DNA of 64,000 bases from an uncultured Nitrososphaerales archaeon. Lineage in GTDB: Archaea > Thermoproteota > Nitrososphaeria > Nitrososphaerales > Nitrososphaeraceae. Shown here one piece after another: positions 18,786 to 29,714 of this stretch. The stretch is taken from NCBI GenBank assembly GCA_963841565.1, contig CAWJCY010000004.1, positions 1-64,000 on the forward strand, read 5' to 3'. The position numbers and the translations under genes were made by a program. The first letter of the stretch is position 1. Every line of letters begins with the position of its first letter. A model generated the notes under the pieces. That model searched no databases. It saw only the letters and a program-made list of their open reading frames with translations, and was not told where the DNA came from.

Positions 18786-21686
18786 CTACTTCTGAGGGAC
18801 GATCTCCCTCACACTTAAATTCTTTATGTCAACACTATTTGCTCCATCCCATCTAAACGATGCTATCGGACCACCCCACGAAATGATTTGATCGGGCTCT
18901 CCGTTACATTCTCCTCCATCATTACCCCATCCGCCTTGATCGATAAAATCGTACACTTTTTGCCAGTTATTATCATTGTTGGGGTCAACCCACAACTCTA
19001 ACTTCACAGCAGTTTCACCATTAATTAGTGTATTATACATCATCGCTTTGAAGCCTACGAATTTACCATCTGCAGATGCGGGAGAATTCTTCCAGCTGTT
19101 AAAGACATAGCTTACATGCCATTGTTCTTTTGCCCATCTCACAGTACCATCAGTATACCTCAGGTCTCCTTTAAGTGAGCTGCCCTCACATCCATCAGGA
19201 TTTCCACTCCCCGTGTGTCTACCACCTCTGGCGTACCATGCCCAATTTTCACCGCTATCACCTGAATTGAATTTAACCTGGCCTGTCATTTCTACATTCT
19301 TCCAGTCGTTCGGCGATTGCATATATCCTCTGCTTGCGATAACCCCGTGATCAATTTCTACGTCGTCAGGTTTGTACCCAGCTGATGTGTAAACGCCATA
19401 CCTGACTTGATCACTACTCACCCTCCATGAACCATCACTATTTTTTGACATTGATGGCGGTTTTGATCTCGGATCGTTATTCGGATCTTGCATATTCATA
19501 TACCATTCTTCGCCACCAGGTTTCGTAGAATAGATTTTCTTAATTCCGAATTTGTCATTAGTACCCGCGTCGCTTTCGTTATCGCCTGGAGTAGGTTGAC
19601 TTGGAGGTGGCGATGATGGAGGTTGACTTGGAGGTGGCGATGATGGAGGTTCCGATTCACTTCCGACTCCAAACAAAGCAATCTCTGCAGTACTTGCCCA
19701 GCTATTCTCAGAATTACCATTTACCATAATTCTTACAAACTTTCCTTCGGTACCTGAAGGTAAATTGTATTTTTCAAAACCTGTGGCAGTTCCGTTGCTT
19801 TCACCCTCAAATACGTTCTTAAAGACGGATCCATCATCAGAGACAGATACTGTGAAAGCATTTTGCCTTATGTCCCCTCTATACCATGCAATATCGATGC
19901 TACAAAGTTTCGCATTTGAACCTAGATCAAACTGAATCCAAGAGCCTTCTCCATCCTTAGACCACCACGTGTTGAGATTTTTGTCTATTACATTGGATGG
20001 AACATTGACATCATCACTTCCTATTGCTGTAACCACTGTCGGATTAAGCATCCTACATTCAAGTACTTCCTTAATATCAATAGTAACGGTTGCTTTTGCA
20101 CTTGTCGAACTTTTATTATCTTTGACATTGTATGTGAAGCTATCAGTATTAGAATATCCCTCATCTGGAGTATACTTCACAGTGTCACCTGACACGGACG
20201 ATAATTGACCATGTTTAGGAAGATCGACTATGTTGAAAGTCAATACAGAACCTTCTGGATCTGATCCAGATAACTTGATTGGAATATAGACATTCATGTC
20301 AGTTGAAACACTTTTTGAGTCGGCAACTGGGGGGCTATTACGAACATTTATGCTAACTAATGCTTTACTGCTAGCTAACCCTTTATTGTCTTTGACAGTG
20401 TAAGTGAAGCTATCAAAACCTGAATATCCCTCATCTGGAGTATACTTCACAGTGTCACCTGACACGGACGATAATTGACCATGTTTAGGAAGATCGACTA
20501 TGTTGAAAGTCAATACAGAGCCTTCTGGATCTGATCCAGATAACTTGATTGGAATATAGACATTCATGTCAGTTGAAACACTTTTTGAGTCGGCAACTGG
20601 GGGCTTATTGGGTGGTGGTGGGGGAGTGAATCCTTTTATAGACAATTCAGTAGTACCGGCCCAGTCATTCTTGTCGTTACCGAATACTGTAATTCTTACA
20701 TATCTAGCATCTGCATCTGAAAAAGCATAATTTTGGGGTCGAATAGATTTGCCACTGCTTAATCCTTCGTAAACCTGGACAAAGTTGATTCCATCTTTAG
20801 AGACTGAAATTTCAAACTCATATTGTCTACTCTCCCCATTATACCAAGCTATACTTACACCGCAGACAGATTTCATTGTACCTAGATCAGCCTGTATAAA
20901 TGAACCTACCCCCAAGTTTGACCAAGTTGTCGTAAAATCTCCATCAGCTACATTTTCTGGAGGATCTCCTGACTGGCTAGGAGTAGCCACGAACTTGACC
21001 ATTGGAAGCTCTTCACAAATTTTATACTCTTGACCTATTTTCCTTACGTCTCTTCCATTTACACTTATTTCTTTAACGGACGCAGTTTCATCTTCACTGT
21101 TCCCATAAACTGTAAGTCGAATCTGCTTAGCCATGGTATCTGGAATTGGGTATGATTCTGGGAGGACTGAATTTCCGCTGCTTATAGATCTAATCCTATC
21201 CTTAAATTCAGTACCGTTTTCGGATACTGAAACTACAAAATTGTACGATCTCTCTTCGCCATCGTCCCAAAGGATCTCTATATCACAAATGGGTCTAATT
21301 GCTCCAATGTCGAACTCTAAGTATGCGCCTACTCTATCCTCAGACCATTCTGTACCCTCATCATTATCAAATGCTGACTGAGCATTCATATCATCATTGT
21401 TATTATTGTCGATGCTGCTGCTCGATACGTCTTTGATATCGATCGGTTCATTGCATTCCGTTTTTGGATTGCTTGTTTTGTCATGTATTATTGAAGTATC
21501 TGTCAATACACTCGAGTCGTCTTGAGAAGACATTAATTGAGCACCGGCTAGATCCGAGGCTGAAACCATTGATAGCACTATCAAGGATATTGTAAAAGTA
21601 ACGCTTGCTTTTCTAATATTGTTACTATCTTTCAGATTTGATAATTTGATCGTTAACAATGATAACAACCCGTTAATAGATCCCAT
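18786..21686 (-). CDS. secreted/surface protein: 3x F5/8C (CBM32/discoidin), 2x Ig/cadherin-like (Big_9) repeats, Pro-rich linker, uncharacterised Trp-rich C-terminal domain
   Basis: Signal-like N-terminus; three repeats of W..GSWIQFDLG..IAWY..ARYVRITV; two PVAD..DPEG..YTP..DSFTY repeats. Confidence 0.85.
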   Translation of the reverse strand: MGSINGLLSLLTIKLSNLKDSNNIRKASVTFTISLIVLSMVSASDLAGAQLMSSQDDSSVLTDTSIIHDKTSNPKTECNEPIDIKDVSSSSIDNNNNDDMNAQSAFDNDEGTEWSEDRVGAYLEFDIGAIRPICDIEILWDDGEERSYNFVVSVSENGTEFKDRIRSISSGNSVLPESYPIPDTMAKQIRLTVYGNSEDETASVKEISVNGRDVRKIGQEYKICEELPMVKFVATPSQSGDPPENVADGDFTTTWSNLGVGSFIQADLGTMKSVCGVSIAWYNGESRQYEFEISVSKDGINFVQVYEGLSSGKSIRPQNYAFSDADARYVRITVFGNDKNDWAGTTELSIKGFTPPPPPNKPPVADSKSVSTDMNVYIPIKLSGSDPEGSVLTFNIVDLPKHGQLSSVSGDTVKYTPDEGYSGFDSFTYTVKDNKGLASSKALVSINVRNSPPVADSKSVSTDMNVYIPIKLSGSDPEGSVLTFNIVDLPKHGQLSSVSGDTVKYTPDEGYSNTDSFTYNVKDNKSSTSAKATVTIDIKEVLECRMLNPTVVTAIGSDDVNVPSNVIDKNLNTWWSKDGEGSWIQFDLGSNAKLCSIDIAWYRGDIRQNAFTVSVSDDGSVFKNVFEGESNGTATGFEKYNLPSGTEGKFVRIMVNGNSENSWASTAEIALFGVGSESEPPSSPPPSQPPSSPPPSQPTPGDNESDAGTNDKFGIKKIYSTKPGGEEWYMNMQDPNNDPRSKPPSMSKNSDGSWRVSSDQVRYGVYTSAGYKPDDVEIDHGVIASRGYMQSPNDWKNVEMTGQVKFNSGDSGENWAWYARGGRHTGSGNPDGCEGSSLKGDLRYTDGTVRWAKEQWHVSYVFNSWKNSPASADGKFVGFKAMMYNTLINGETAVKLELWVDPNNDNNWQKVYDFIDQGGWGNDGGECNGEPDQIISWGGPIASFRWDGANSVDIKNLSVREIVPQK
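19593..19651. repeat. 27-bp tandem repeat encoding the PPSSPPPSQ linker
   Basis: AGGTTGACTTGGAGGTGGCGATGATGG x2 plus a partial copy. Confidence 0.9.
20152..20603. repeat. 182-bp direct repeat (20152-20333 / 20422-20603), period 270 bp
   Basis: Copies are identical except for one visible mismatch (20250 A / 20520 G). Confidence 0.92.
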
Positions 21687-21973
21687 TCACAAACCGCTGG
21701 AACATTAAGTATTTATAAAGAACTAAAACATATACTAAACCTTAAGTTAGTGTGAATCTAAGATAAGTATGCAACCATTTTATCTAATATAACTGTCCGG
21801 AATAATAAATGAGCATTCTTCTAGAAATTTCTAACTGAGAATTAACTCATATTTCTAGGGATAGATATTTAGCATGTACTACGATACTATATTTGATAAG
21901 CTTACCAATGGCTGATGAGACTATTAATACTTGATCAAAGTTTTATACCACCGCCTCTTCATTTTACACTAGT

Positions 21974-22184
21974 ATGGGTAAAGTGGATAAAGGAGTTACG
22001 TGTAGTGTACAAGGATGTGGGCAGATAGCCCTTAGGTCCATGAGTGGAAGCAAAGTCTGCAATGGCCATTGATCTAATGATCGATTCTTCTAGCAAACGG
22101 ATTTACCTTTGTAGACAACATTATAAAGATTGGAAAAAGGCTACCAAAGAAGATCGAGAAAATGAACGAGCGAGATGGGACTAG
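21974..22184 (+). CDS. small zinc-binding protein upstream of thrS, missed by the ORF track; +1 frameshift at 22056
   Basis: MGKVDKGVTCSVQGC...SKAAMAIDLMIDSSSKRIYLCRQHYKDWKKATKEDRENERARWD after removing T22056. Confidence 0.8.
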
Positions 22185-22295
22185 CAGGGTTTTAATGTCT
22201 AAAAAATTCATTTCTTGACTCTCCTGGCCCAATAGCAACTGCTCCTTAGTTCAAAACCCTTTAATCATCCAATTATTCCTACTAACTTCCATAGA

Positions 22296-24231
22296 ATGCG
22301 AGTACTTCAACTTCATGCTGAATTCTTCGAGTACGAACCTGTTTCAAGAGAGATACAAGAAAAATACGCCGATCAGGACGTATCGCGAGAGACGGTTAGA
22401 CTTCAAGACCTGGTTGTTATACTTGTAGCAGTAGAAGAGGGCGATGAATTAGCCATAGTCAGAGCTGGCAGCGCAGGATATCAAAGAGTATATGCGAAGG
22501 ATCAAGAACAATAAGCTACTAATTTACCCCTATTCTCATTTGAGCTCGAATCTTGCATCGCCACAGCAAGCTTTAGAGATTATGAACTTAATGAAAGAAG
22601 AAACCATGAAAGAAGATATTGAAGTCAGGAGGGCACCTTTCGGATGGACGAAGTCATTTTCAGTGAAGGTCAAGGCTCATCCTTTAGCTGAAAATTTTAG
22701 AATCTATGATAAGAGCTCTATTACTAAGTATTCGGATAAAGAGGGTAGTTCCCTATCAAACACAGCGCTCACTAATGCGGGTACTGCTATCTCCAGTGCG
22801 CTTAGCGCAGAAGATTCATTGCGATCACAATGGTTTGTGATGAAACCAGACGGGGAAATGATACCCTTAAAGGAATATCAATATTCGAACAAGCAAATCA
22901 ATCTTAAGAGTCTGATAAGATATGAGATCGAGAAGAGGAGAACTGTCGATGAAACTCCACCTCACGTTAAATTAATGCGGAAATTAGGTATAGCTGATTA
23001 TGAACCGGCATCAGATTCGGGAAATATGCGGTTTTATCCCAAAGGTCGTTTGATTAAGTCACTTATAGAACAGTACGTTACCAAAATGGTGAGGGACTAC
23101 GGTGGAATAGAAATAGAAACCCCCATAATGTATGATTCGAAACATCCATCACTGGAGAGTTACTTTAACCGATTTCCTGCTAGACAATACAACATCGCTA
23201 CTGACCATGGGAAACATTATTTCCTTAGATTTGCAGCTTGTTTTGGCCAATTTTTGATGGCAAAAGACTTATTGATTTCTTACAAAAATCTACCTCTTCG
23301 ACTTTATGAACTTACTAGATATAGTTTCCGAAGAGAGAAGACCGGAGAGCTTGTAGGGTTGAAAAGATTGAGAGCATTCAGCATGCCTGATTGTCATGCC
23401 TTTTGCAGAGATATGAAGGAAGCCAAGTCGGAGCTTCTAAAAAGATTTGACTTATCTACCACTGTATTAAACGATTTGGGAATTTCAACCACTAACGACA
23501 TCGAGATGGCAATACGGTTCACCGAGGATTGCCTCAGGGATAACAAGGATATGATTATCGAATTAGTTAGGAAATTTAATCGTCCTGTTTTAGTAGAGGT
23601 TTGGAAAGAACGATTCTTCTATTTTATTTTAAAGTGGGAGTTTAACTACATAGACAATCAAGGGAAGGCTTCTGCACTTTCTACAGACCAGATCGATATT
23701 GAAAACAGTAAACGATACAACATAACATTTGTCGATGAAGATGGATCGAGAAAGTATCCTGTAATCTTGCACAATTCACCAAGTGGAGCAATTGAACGCG
23801 TTATCTTTGCGTTACTAGAAAAGGCTGCAAAAAGCTCAAAAACTGGCGATAAGCCTACTTTGCCATTATGGCTTTCGCCAACTCATATGCGTTTGATCCC
23901 TGTAACCTCAAATCATACCGGCTATTGTAAGGAGATAGCAGATGCAATTTCGAACAAACCCGTTAGAGTGGATATAGACGATCGAGATGAATCAGTAGGA
24001 AAAAAAATTCGAGATGCAGAAATGGAATGGATTAATTACATTGTTGTTGTAGGGGATACCGAAGTAGAAGAAGCAAGATTTCAAATCCGGGATCGTTTGA
24101 ATCCTAGTGAAAGAAAGACCATGACAATGGACGGATTGGTCAATGAGATAACAAACAAAACCGCAGATAAACCTTATCAGCCTTTGAACCTCCCTTTGTT
24201 ACTGTCGAAGAGACCTCAATTCGTCAGCTAG
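22296..24231 (+). CDS. thrS: threonyl-tRNA synthetase (archaeal editing domain); +1 frameshift near 22467
   Basis: MRVLQLH, YPYSHLS, RAPFGWTK, LRFAACFG, SFRREKTGE, LHNSPSGAIER. Confidence 0.95.
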
Positions 24232-24273
24232 CCCATCGCTATATAAGTTCCCATTCATGTCTGATTCTCGTAA

Positions 24274-25251
24274 CTATGAATAAGCCTTTTGCAAATTAAC
24301 CAATATTCTATAAATGGTTTGGACAGCCAATGTACCTTCCCTATAGTCGCCATTTCTGGCTGCCACTTCCACCATATCCATACCTATGAGCAAGGCAGAG
24401 GGGCTTATACTTTTAATTATTTTAGCCACCTGAAAAGGGTCCAAACCATAGGGTTCAGGACATCCGGTGCAGGGAACATATGATAGATCGTAAACATCTA
24501 TGTCAAATGAAATATAGATAACTCTATTGCAGGTAGCTTCTTTTAGATATAACAACAACTTATCAATGTCGTCATGAATGGTCCATGCATCGAATGTAAT
24601 GACACCTTTATTTAGTGCAATTTGATTCTCCTCTCTATCACATTGTCTAATTCCAATTTGAACTAGATCGTGACCAAGAATATGTCCGTCGTTAATTAAG
24701 TGGTAGAAAGGAGTTGTGTGACACATGACCATACCACAGTATTCAGGCTTCAGATCTCTATGTGCATCGAAATGAAGAATCAAAGGCTTTGTATCAGCCA
24801 ACGCCTTAAGTTGGTAGTATGAGATGGTGTGCTCGCCCCCTAATAAAATTGGAATTTTACCGCTCGATTTTATTTGATTTGCAGTCATACTAATGTTTGA
24901 CCCGATAGATGAAATGACGGAGCTCAGACTACAGTTTGAATCAAGTTGCGGCATCTTCATATCGCCTAAATCATAAATTTTGACCTTGTCAGTCAAATCG
25001 GTGCTTTCTTCAAATACGTACGTCTCTATCTGCTTTGCAGAAGTCAATCTGATTGAATTGGGTCCTTCCCTGGTTCCCTTCCCAAAAGAAGTTGTGAGGT
25101 CCAATGGAACTCCATAGACTATCACGTTTGAGTCAACAAGTGAAACTTTCCTGGGAAAATCAGCGAAAGATACTCCAACATCTCCTAATTCAGGTGAGAT
25201 AAATAATGATTGGAGCTCCTCCAGGGTAGACATTTGATATGGTCGAACCAA
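24274..25251 (-). CDS. speB: agmatinase (ureohydrolase family)
   Basis: LGGEHT, FDAHRD, SFDIDVYD, TGCPEPYG. Confidence 0.85.
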   Translation of the reverse strand: MVRPYQMSTLEELQSLFISPELGDVGVSFADFPRKVSLVDSNVIVYGVPLDLTTSFGKGTREGPNSIRLTSAKQIETYVFEESTDLTDKVKIYDLGDMKMPQLDSNCSLSSVISSIGSNISMTANQIKSSGKIPILLGGEHTISYYQLKALADTKPLILHFDAHRDLKPEYCGMVMCHTTPFYHLINDGHILGHDLVQIGIRQCDREENQIALNKGVITFDAWTIHDDIDKLLLYLKEATCNRVIYISFDIDVYDLSYVPCTGCPEPYGLDPFQVAKIIKSISPSALLIGMDMVEVAARNGDYREGTLAVQTIYRILVNLQKAYS

Positions 25252-25360
25252 ATTATGGTATAAATGTTGATGTATTGTCGACTATTTTTTTGATCGAATC
25301 CATGCCAATCCAATAATTTGGATAGGTAGTATGATATGAAGGTCAATATTTTCAAACACA

Positions 25361-26221
25361 ATGCATTATAAATGGGAGTCTGCCTACAGCCTCCCAATGA
25401 ATATAAGTTTGAGTGTCGTAGCGCTTACAGTTTCCGCCGCTGCTATTCTGATCGTGTTAGGCGCGGGTACCTCTAGCTCAATTGAGCCAGTTTACGCTCA
25501 GGAAAATGTTATGCCGGGCACCGATGAGCCTGCAAATACTCCTTCAAGTGGTGGGGGTTCTAGTACAGTTCCCGCTGCAGGTCCACGCTTCAATGCTGGC
25601 GACATCGCACAGACAAATTCCATAAAGTTAGATTCTGACGTACACAATCTCGTCGTTTTGATACCTGATACAAGATTGATAACACAGGGATTCCTTCCTC
25701 TTGATGCAACTATTGTAGAGGGGACGAAGGTAATCTGGTCCAACGCCGACAATAGCACACAGAGTCCTCAGGGTAATCTCCATGGTATTTCACTTGTCCA
25801 AGACAGCGATAATCAGGTTCTTCTCACCAATGGGACCATACCGTTTGGGGATGCAGGCCGAATATACATTTGACACCGCAGGAACGTATACATTTTCAGA
25901 TCCCACGAACACAAATCCAGCAGCTCCTAAGGGTAAAATCAATGTCATTGCTCCTGCCAGAACGCACCAGATAATTTATCGACAAATTCAACTCAGGCTA
26001 CGGCAGGCTTGTTCGTAGTACAAGCAGATGAGAAAGACTATTTTGACCAACATTTCAACACATTGGGATATCATGTGGAAGATAGTTACATGATACCTAG
26101 CGAAAGCGGAAACGATATCCAGGTCTATGTTTATACTCAGAAATCGGGAAAGGATTCTACAATAATTGATAGGACAGGTTTGAAGTCGGAGTTCGTGGAT
26201 AGTCATATAGGGGATGAATAA
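25361..26221 (+). CDS. secreted cupredoxin-like protein split by two compensating frameshifts (near 25856 and 25960)
   Basis: Signal peptide, FLPxDATIVEGTKVIWSNAD..H, EYTFDTAGTYTF, KGKINV across three ORFs. Confidence 0.65.
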
Positions 26222-26375
26222 GAGTAGCTTCAGTTAGAGATAGCTCTCTTTTCTTATTTTTCTCGAAAGCATAATTAGAGATCCTTCATGATGAACCATT
26301 TTGATAAATTCTTATGGCAGAAAAGATTTGATCATGTTTGGCTAAATTCCATATCGGTTATATTTTTCCAAGAAC

Positions 26376-29114
26376 CTAGACTGATCCTCCCCAAAAGAGT
26401 TCATCCAAATTGGATTGGCGTGGTTGTCCCACCAATGATTTGAAATTAAAGTTTAAAGACGCGAGTATCTGATCGAATGTAACTTCCATAGTTTCAAGGT
26501 ACTTGTCGGTATCTATTTCTTCCGGCTTTGCGAGCTCGACTGGCTTCACACCTTCCTCTGTTTTGGTTTTCACATAGGAAATTATGCCGCCAGCCTTTAT
26601 TTCTCGTCCTTTTTCAACAAGGAGTCTTGCTGCCTTGATATGCTGAGGAAGGCCCTTATGAGAATCCTTCCCGATGACATCGGAGCCATCGATTGAGCCT
26701 GATTTTACAGTCGAGTGTGTAATTTTTTTTCCATACTTATCAGGTGACTTGTTTATCATAACATTGAAGCTCAAATCCTGTACCGGAATCCGGCGGCTTA
26801 CTAGATTCTTTGCATTCTCTTGAAGAATACTTTTTATCTTCTCTCTTGCCGATTCGAAATCATTCTCAGAATCTACTTTACTTAAGATATTCAACATATG
26901 GGAAAAAGCATTTCTGATGAAAGGGGGAGTATGAGACTTTTTCCCAGTTAGGCCCTTAACATCTACCGTTCCGTCAGACAGGACTCCAAGATAATTTTTT
27001 TTCAATTCACTGAATACGACATACCTATATGTTTTATCAATCTCTAAATCTACTCCATATTTAGTTCTCGCCCATCTTGTAATTTCATCTACCTTAGTAG
27101 GCGAAGGACCCTTAAGAAATAAAGAATCAGTATCCCCGTAAATTACATCAATGCCGATCTCTCTACATTTTTCGATGGTAGAATAGGTGGTCATTCTCCC
27201 GAGTGCAGCGGTAGCGTCAGCAACAGGTAGGCAATAGAGCGGAAATATTTCGGCTCCCATCACACCATAGCTAGCATTGAGGATCACCTTAATTGCCTGG
27301 CTTACCACGCCGTAAAGAAGGCGTTCTTCTAAATCAATTGATTTTTCCTTAGATAATTGTTTGTAATACCTGACACGCAGATCTCTTAGAGATCCGATAA
27401 GTTGCGACGTAAGTCCCCTATTCTTCTTACAAATCCAATGCGTTGTGCCAACTATCAGCTGAGCCGGATCATTTTTACATTCTTGATGTGGACAGTTGAC
27501 TGTCTCATAGGATAGATTATATACTTTAATAATACTTGGGTAAAGACTAGCAAAGTCAACCACTATCACATTGAAATGAATTCCTAACTTAGGTTCTACC
27601 ACAAGTCCTCCACGATACTTCTTTTCTTTAATAATAGCGACGGTCGACGAAGATCCTTTCGCACTGAGTTCCTCTCTTCTCGGAATAAGAAGATTATTTT
27701 TCCTATGTTCATAGTATAGCATTCCTCGGATCCACTGGTTCACACCAAATCTAGAAACATCGTCAAGGGGTGATCGGGCAATTCGGGCTATTACTAACAG
27801 AAGTTTCATAAGGAGATTGTTACCAAAGCTAGTAAGTCTGAATGTAAGATCGGCGTCTCTAAGACAGTATTCTGCCAGCTTCTGTAATGGTAACTCACTA
27901 ATTTCCAAATCTAAATCGAGCTTACCTTCACCTAGCAGGGCAAGAGAGATAGCATTAAGCGTATACTCAGAGTATTTATTACCAAATGCATAAATCTGTA
28001 TTGATCTGTTCTGAAATGTCCTAAACAGATCAAGGTGAATTGCGTTCTTTAGGCGAACAGGGTCCGCTAATGTTCCTCGTTTAACAAAGCTATCTCTCTT
28101 TACTAGAATTGGTACTTGTTCCTTTGGAATAGTAGTATGCGAAGTCGGATCGATCCTGGAATCCTGTGATCGGGAGTACAGATACGGAAGATCAAAGTCA
28201 TCACCATTATAAGTGATAACTATTGGATAGGAGTTTATTACCTTAAACGTCTTTTCTATCAATTCCTTTTCAGTGAGACACAGCTCAGCTTCAGGCATTT
28301 TCACCTCTTCAACTGTATCTGAATTCCTCCTTCCCAAAACAAGAATCTTCTTGAAGCCATCCGTACCAACTAGTCCTACGGCGATTATTCTTCTTTCATG
28401 CTCTCGAGGAGTAGGCATTTGGCCTTCTTCTGATTCTACCTCGATATCAAGTGCAACTCTTTTGAGTTCAGGTACTGGTTGGTTTAGGAGATTGGCCCAA
28501 CTGGTAACAAGACTCTGGTAACCATTATTTGAAATATGCTCATATCCATTTTTACTATTATTATCACTATTATTCAAAATAAGACGCTTTAGCGCTTCTT
28601 TAACTGTCTCAGATATACCGTAATCCTCATTTACAATAGAGTCTCCTTTTCGTCTATAGTATGAACCAGGAATAAGGCCAGAATCATAAAGATAGTTTTC
28701 GTGGTACTTGATGTCAGCTTCCCAAGATCGGACTCTTTCTCTTACACTATTGTCAGTTCCACCAATTGAAAGCGGGTCTGGAGCTACGATTTTCAAAACT
28801 TCAATAATCTGATCATTGATCAAATCTCGCTTCTTTGTTAGATGAAGTGATAACTTCTTGTCTTCTCTGCAAATCGCCTCCGCTCTGTCCTTGTACTCCA
28901 TCTTAGTATAGCAATAAGGCCTATGATTGGTTCTATCTCTCCATGCAACAAGTCCATTCTCCTCAAAGTCATAAAATAAAAGGTAGACCGTCTGTTCATC
29001 ACCTACATAGACTGATGAAAGGAGGAGCCCAACCCGACCATCTGGAAGCTCTGGCAAATCATGTAATCTTTTCCTTTTTTCAAATGATGTCATGGGCGGC
29101 GTGTTTTCCAACAT
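26376..29114 (-). CDS. polB: family B DNA polymerase (PolB1)
   Basis: DIEVE and YNGDDFD exonuclease motifs, DFASLYPS, KVILNASYG, YGDTDS, C-terminal PIP-like QSNLDELF. Confidence 0.97.
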   Translation of the reverse strand: MLENTPPMTSFEKRKRLHDLPELPDGRVGLLLSSVYVGDEQTVYLLFYDFEENGLVAWRDRTNHRPYCYTKMEYKDRAEAICREDKKLSLHLTKKRDLINDQIIEVLKIVAPDPLSIGGTDNSVRERVRSWEADIKYHENYLYDSGLIPGSYYRRKGDSIVNEDYGISETVKEALKRLILNNSDNNSKNGYEHISNNGYQSLVTSWANLLNQPVPELKRVALDIEVESEEGQMPTPREHERRIIAVGLVGTDGFKKILVLGRRNSDTVEEVKMPEAELCLTEKELIEKTFKVINSYPIVITYNGDDFDLPYLYSRSQDSRIDPTSHTTIPKEQVPILVKRDSFVKRGTLADPVRLKNAIHLDLFRTFQNRSIQIYAFGNKYSEYTLNAISLALLGEGKLDLDLEISELPLQKLAEYCLRDADLTFRLTSFGNNLLMKLLLVIARIARSPLDDVSRFGVNQWIRGMLYYEHRKNNLLIPRREELSAKGSSSTVAIIKEKKYRGGLVVEPKLGIHFNVIVVDFASLYPSIIKVYNLSYETVNCPHQECKNDPAQLIVGTTHWICKKNRGLTSQLIGSLRDLRVRYYKQLSKEKSIDLEERLLYGVVSQAIKVILNASYGVMGAEIFPLYCLPVADATAALGRMTTYSTIEKCREIGIDVIYGDTDSLFLKGPSPTKVDEITRWARTKYGVDLEIDKTYRYVVFSELKKNYLGVLSDGTVDVKGLTGKKSHTPPFIRNAFSHMLNILSKVDSENDFESAREKIKSILQENAKNLVSRRIPVQDLSFNVMINKSPDKYGKKITHSTVKSGSIDGSDVIGKDSHKGLPQHIKAARLLVEKGREIKAGGIISYVKTKTEEGVKPVELAKPEEIDTDKYLETMEVTFDQILASLNFNFKSLVGQPRQSNLDELFWGGSV

Positions 29115-29285
29115 ATTTCAATCTTTAATGACGGATATAAAATATTCAGTATTTGAGACAATGAACTTGGGCAGCCATCACAAATCAATAAATCTGTTAT
29201 CAATTTTTGTCCATCATGTCAGCAATAAATTGAGACTTGTTTTGATATATATTCTGGAATTTACAGTATACGCACAGATAAAATC

Positions 29286-29612
29286 ATGACTTTGAACGAT
29301 TTTCTCTTACCTGTCGAAAATGTAAAGTTTTATGGCAAGTGTCCTGTCGAATATTCTGGAAAGAAGTATAAATTATTAATGACCGACCGCAGGATCATTC
29401 TATTTGCTAAACGAGGCCATATCCACAAGTCAAATGACATAGTCAGCGAGAGGCTAGACCGACTGCATGGTTTGGAATACTCAGAGAAAGGATTTTTATT
29501 TAGAAAAGCCAAGATCTGCATACAAGGAACAGAGAAACTAGAAATTCACGGGCCAGTCTCAGAACTAAAAATATTGTTTAGCAGTGCGCAGAGGCTAGTG
29601 AATCTTCATTAA
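29286..29612 (+). CDS. PH-like domain protein
   Basis: LLMTDRRIILF..KGFLF pattern typical of bacterial/archaeal PH domains. Confidence 0.6.
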   Translation: MTLNDFLLPVENVKFYGKCPVEYSGKKYKLLMTDRRIILFAKRGHIHKSNDIVSERLDRLHGLEYSEKGFLFRKAKICIQGTEKLEIHGPVSELKILFSSAQRLVNLH

Positions 29613-29714
29613 AAAAAATTGTTTGTAATGAACGTAGTGATATCAACGGATAGTCTGATTTATGCTGACAGAATAATAGTAAGGCTTTGATTTGGCAATC
29701 TGAATGCGAAGGGT

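Noticed and set aside
22296-24231. Programmed ribosomal frameshifting or a naturally split thrS
   Set aside because: No slippery heptamer or downstream structure; one-base deletion restores a normal protein; the same pattern occurs in several unrelated genes, pointing to sequencing error
26376-29114. Intein or casposon/viral-type PolB
   Set aside because: Length and motifs fit cellular PolB1; no intein motifs, no cas1 or terminal inverted repeats; flanked by housekeeping genes
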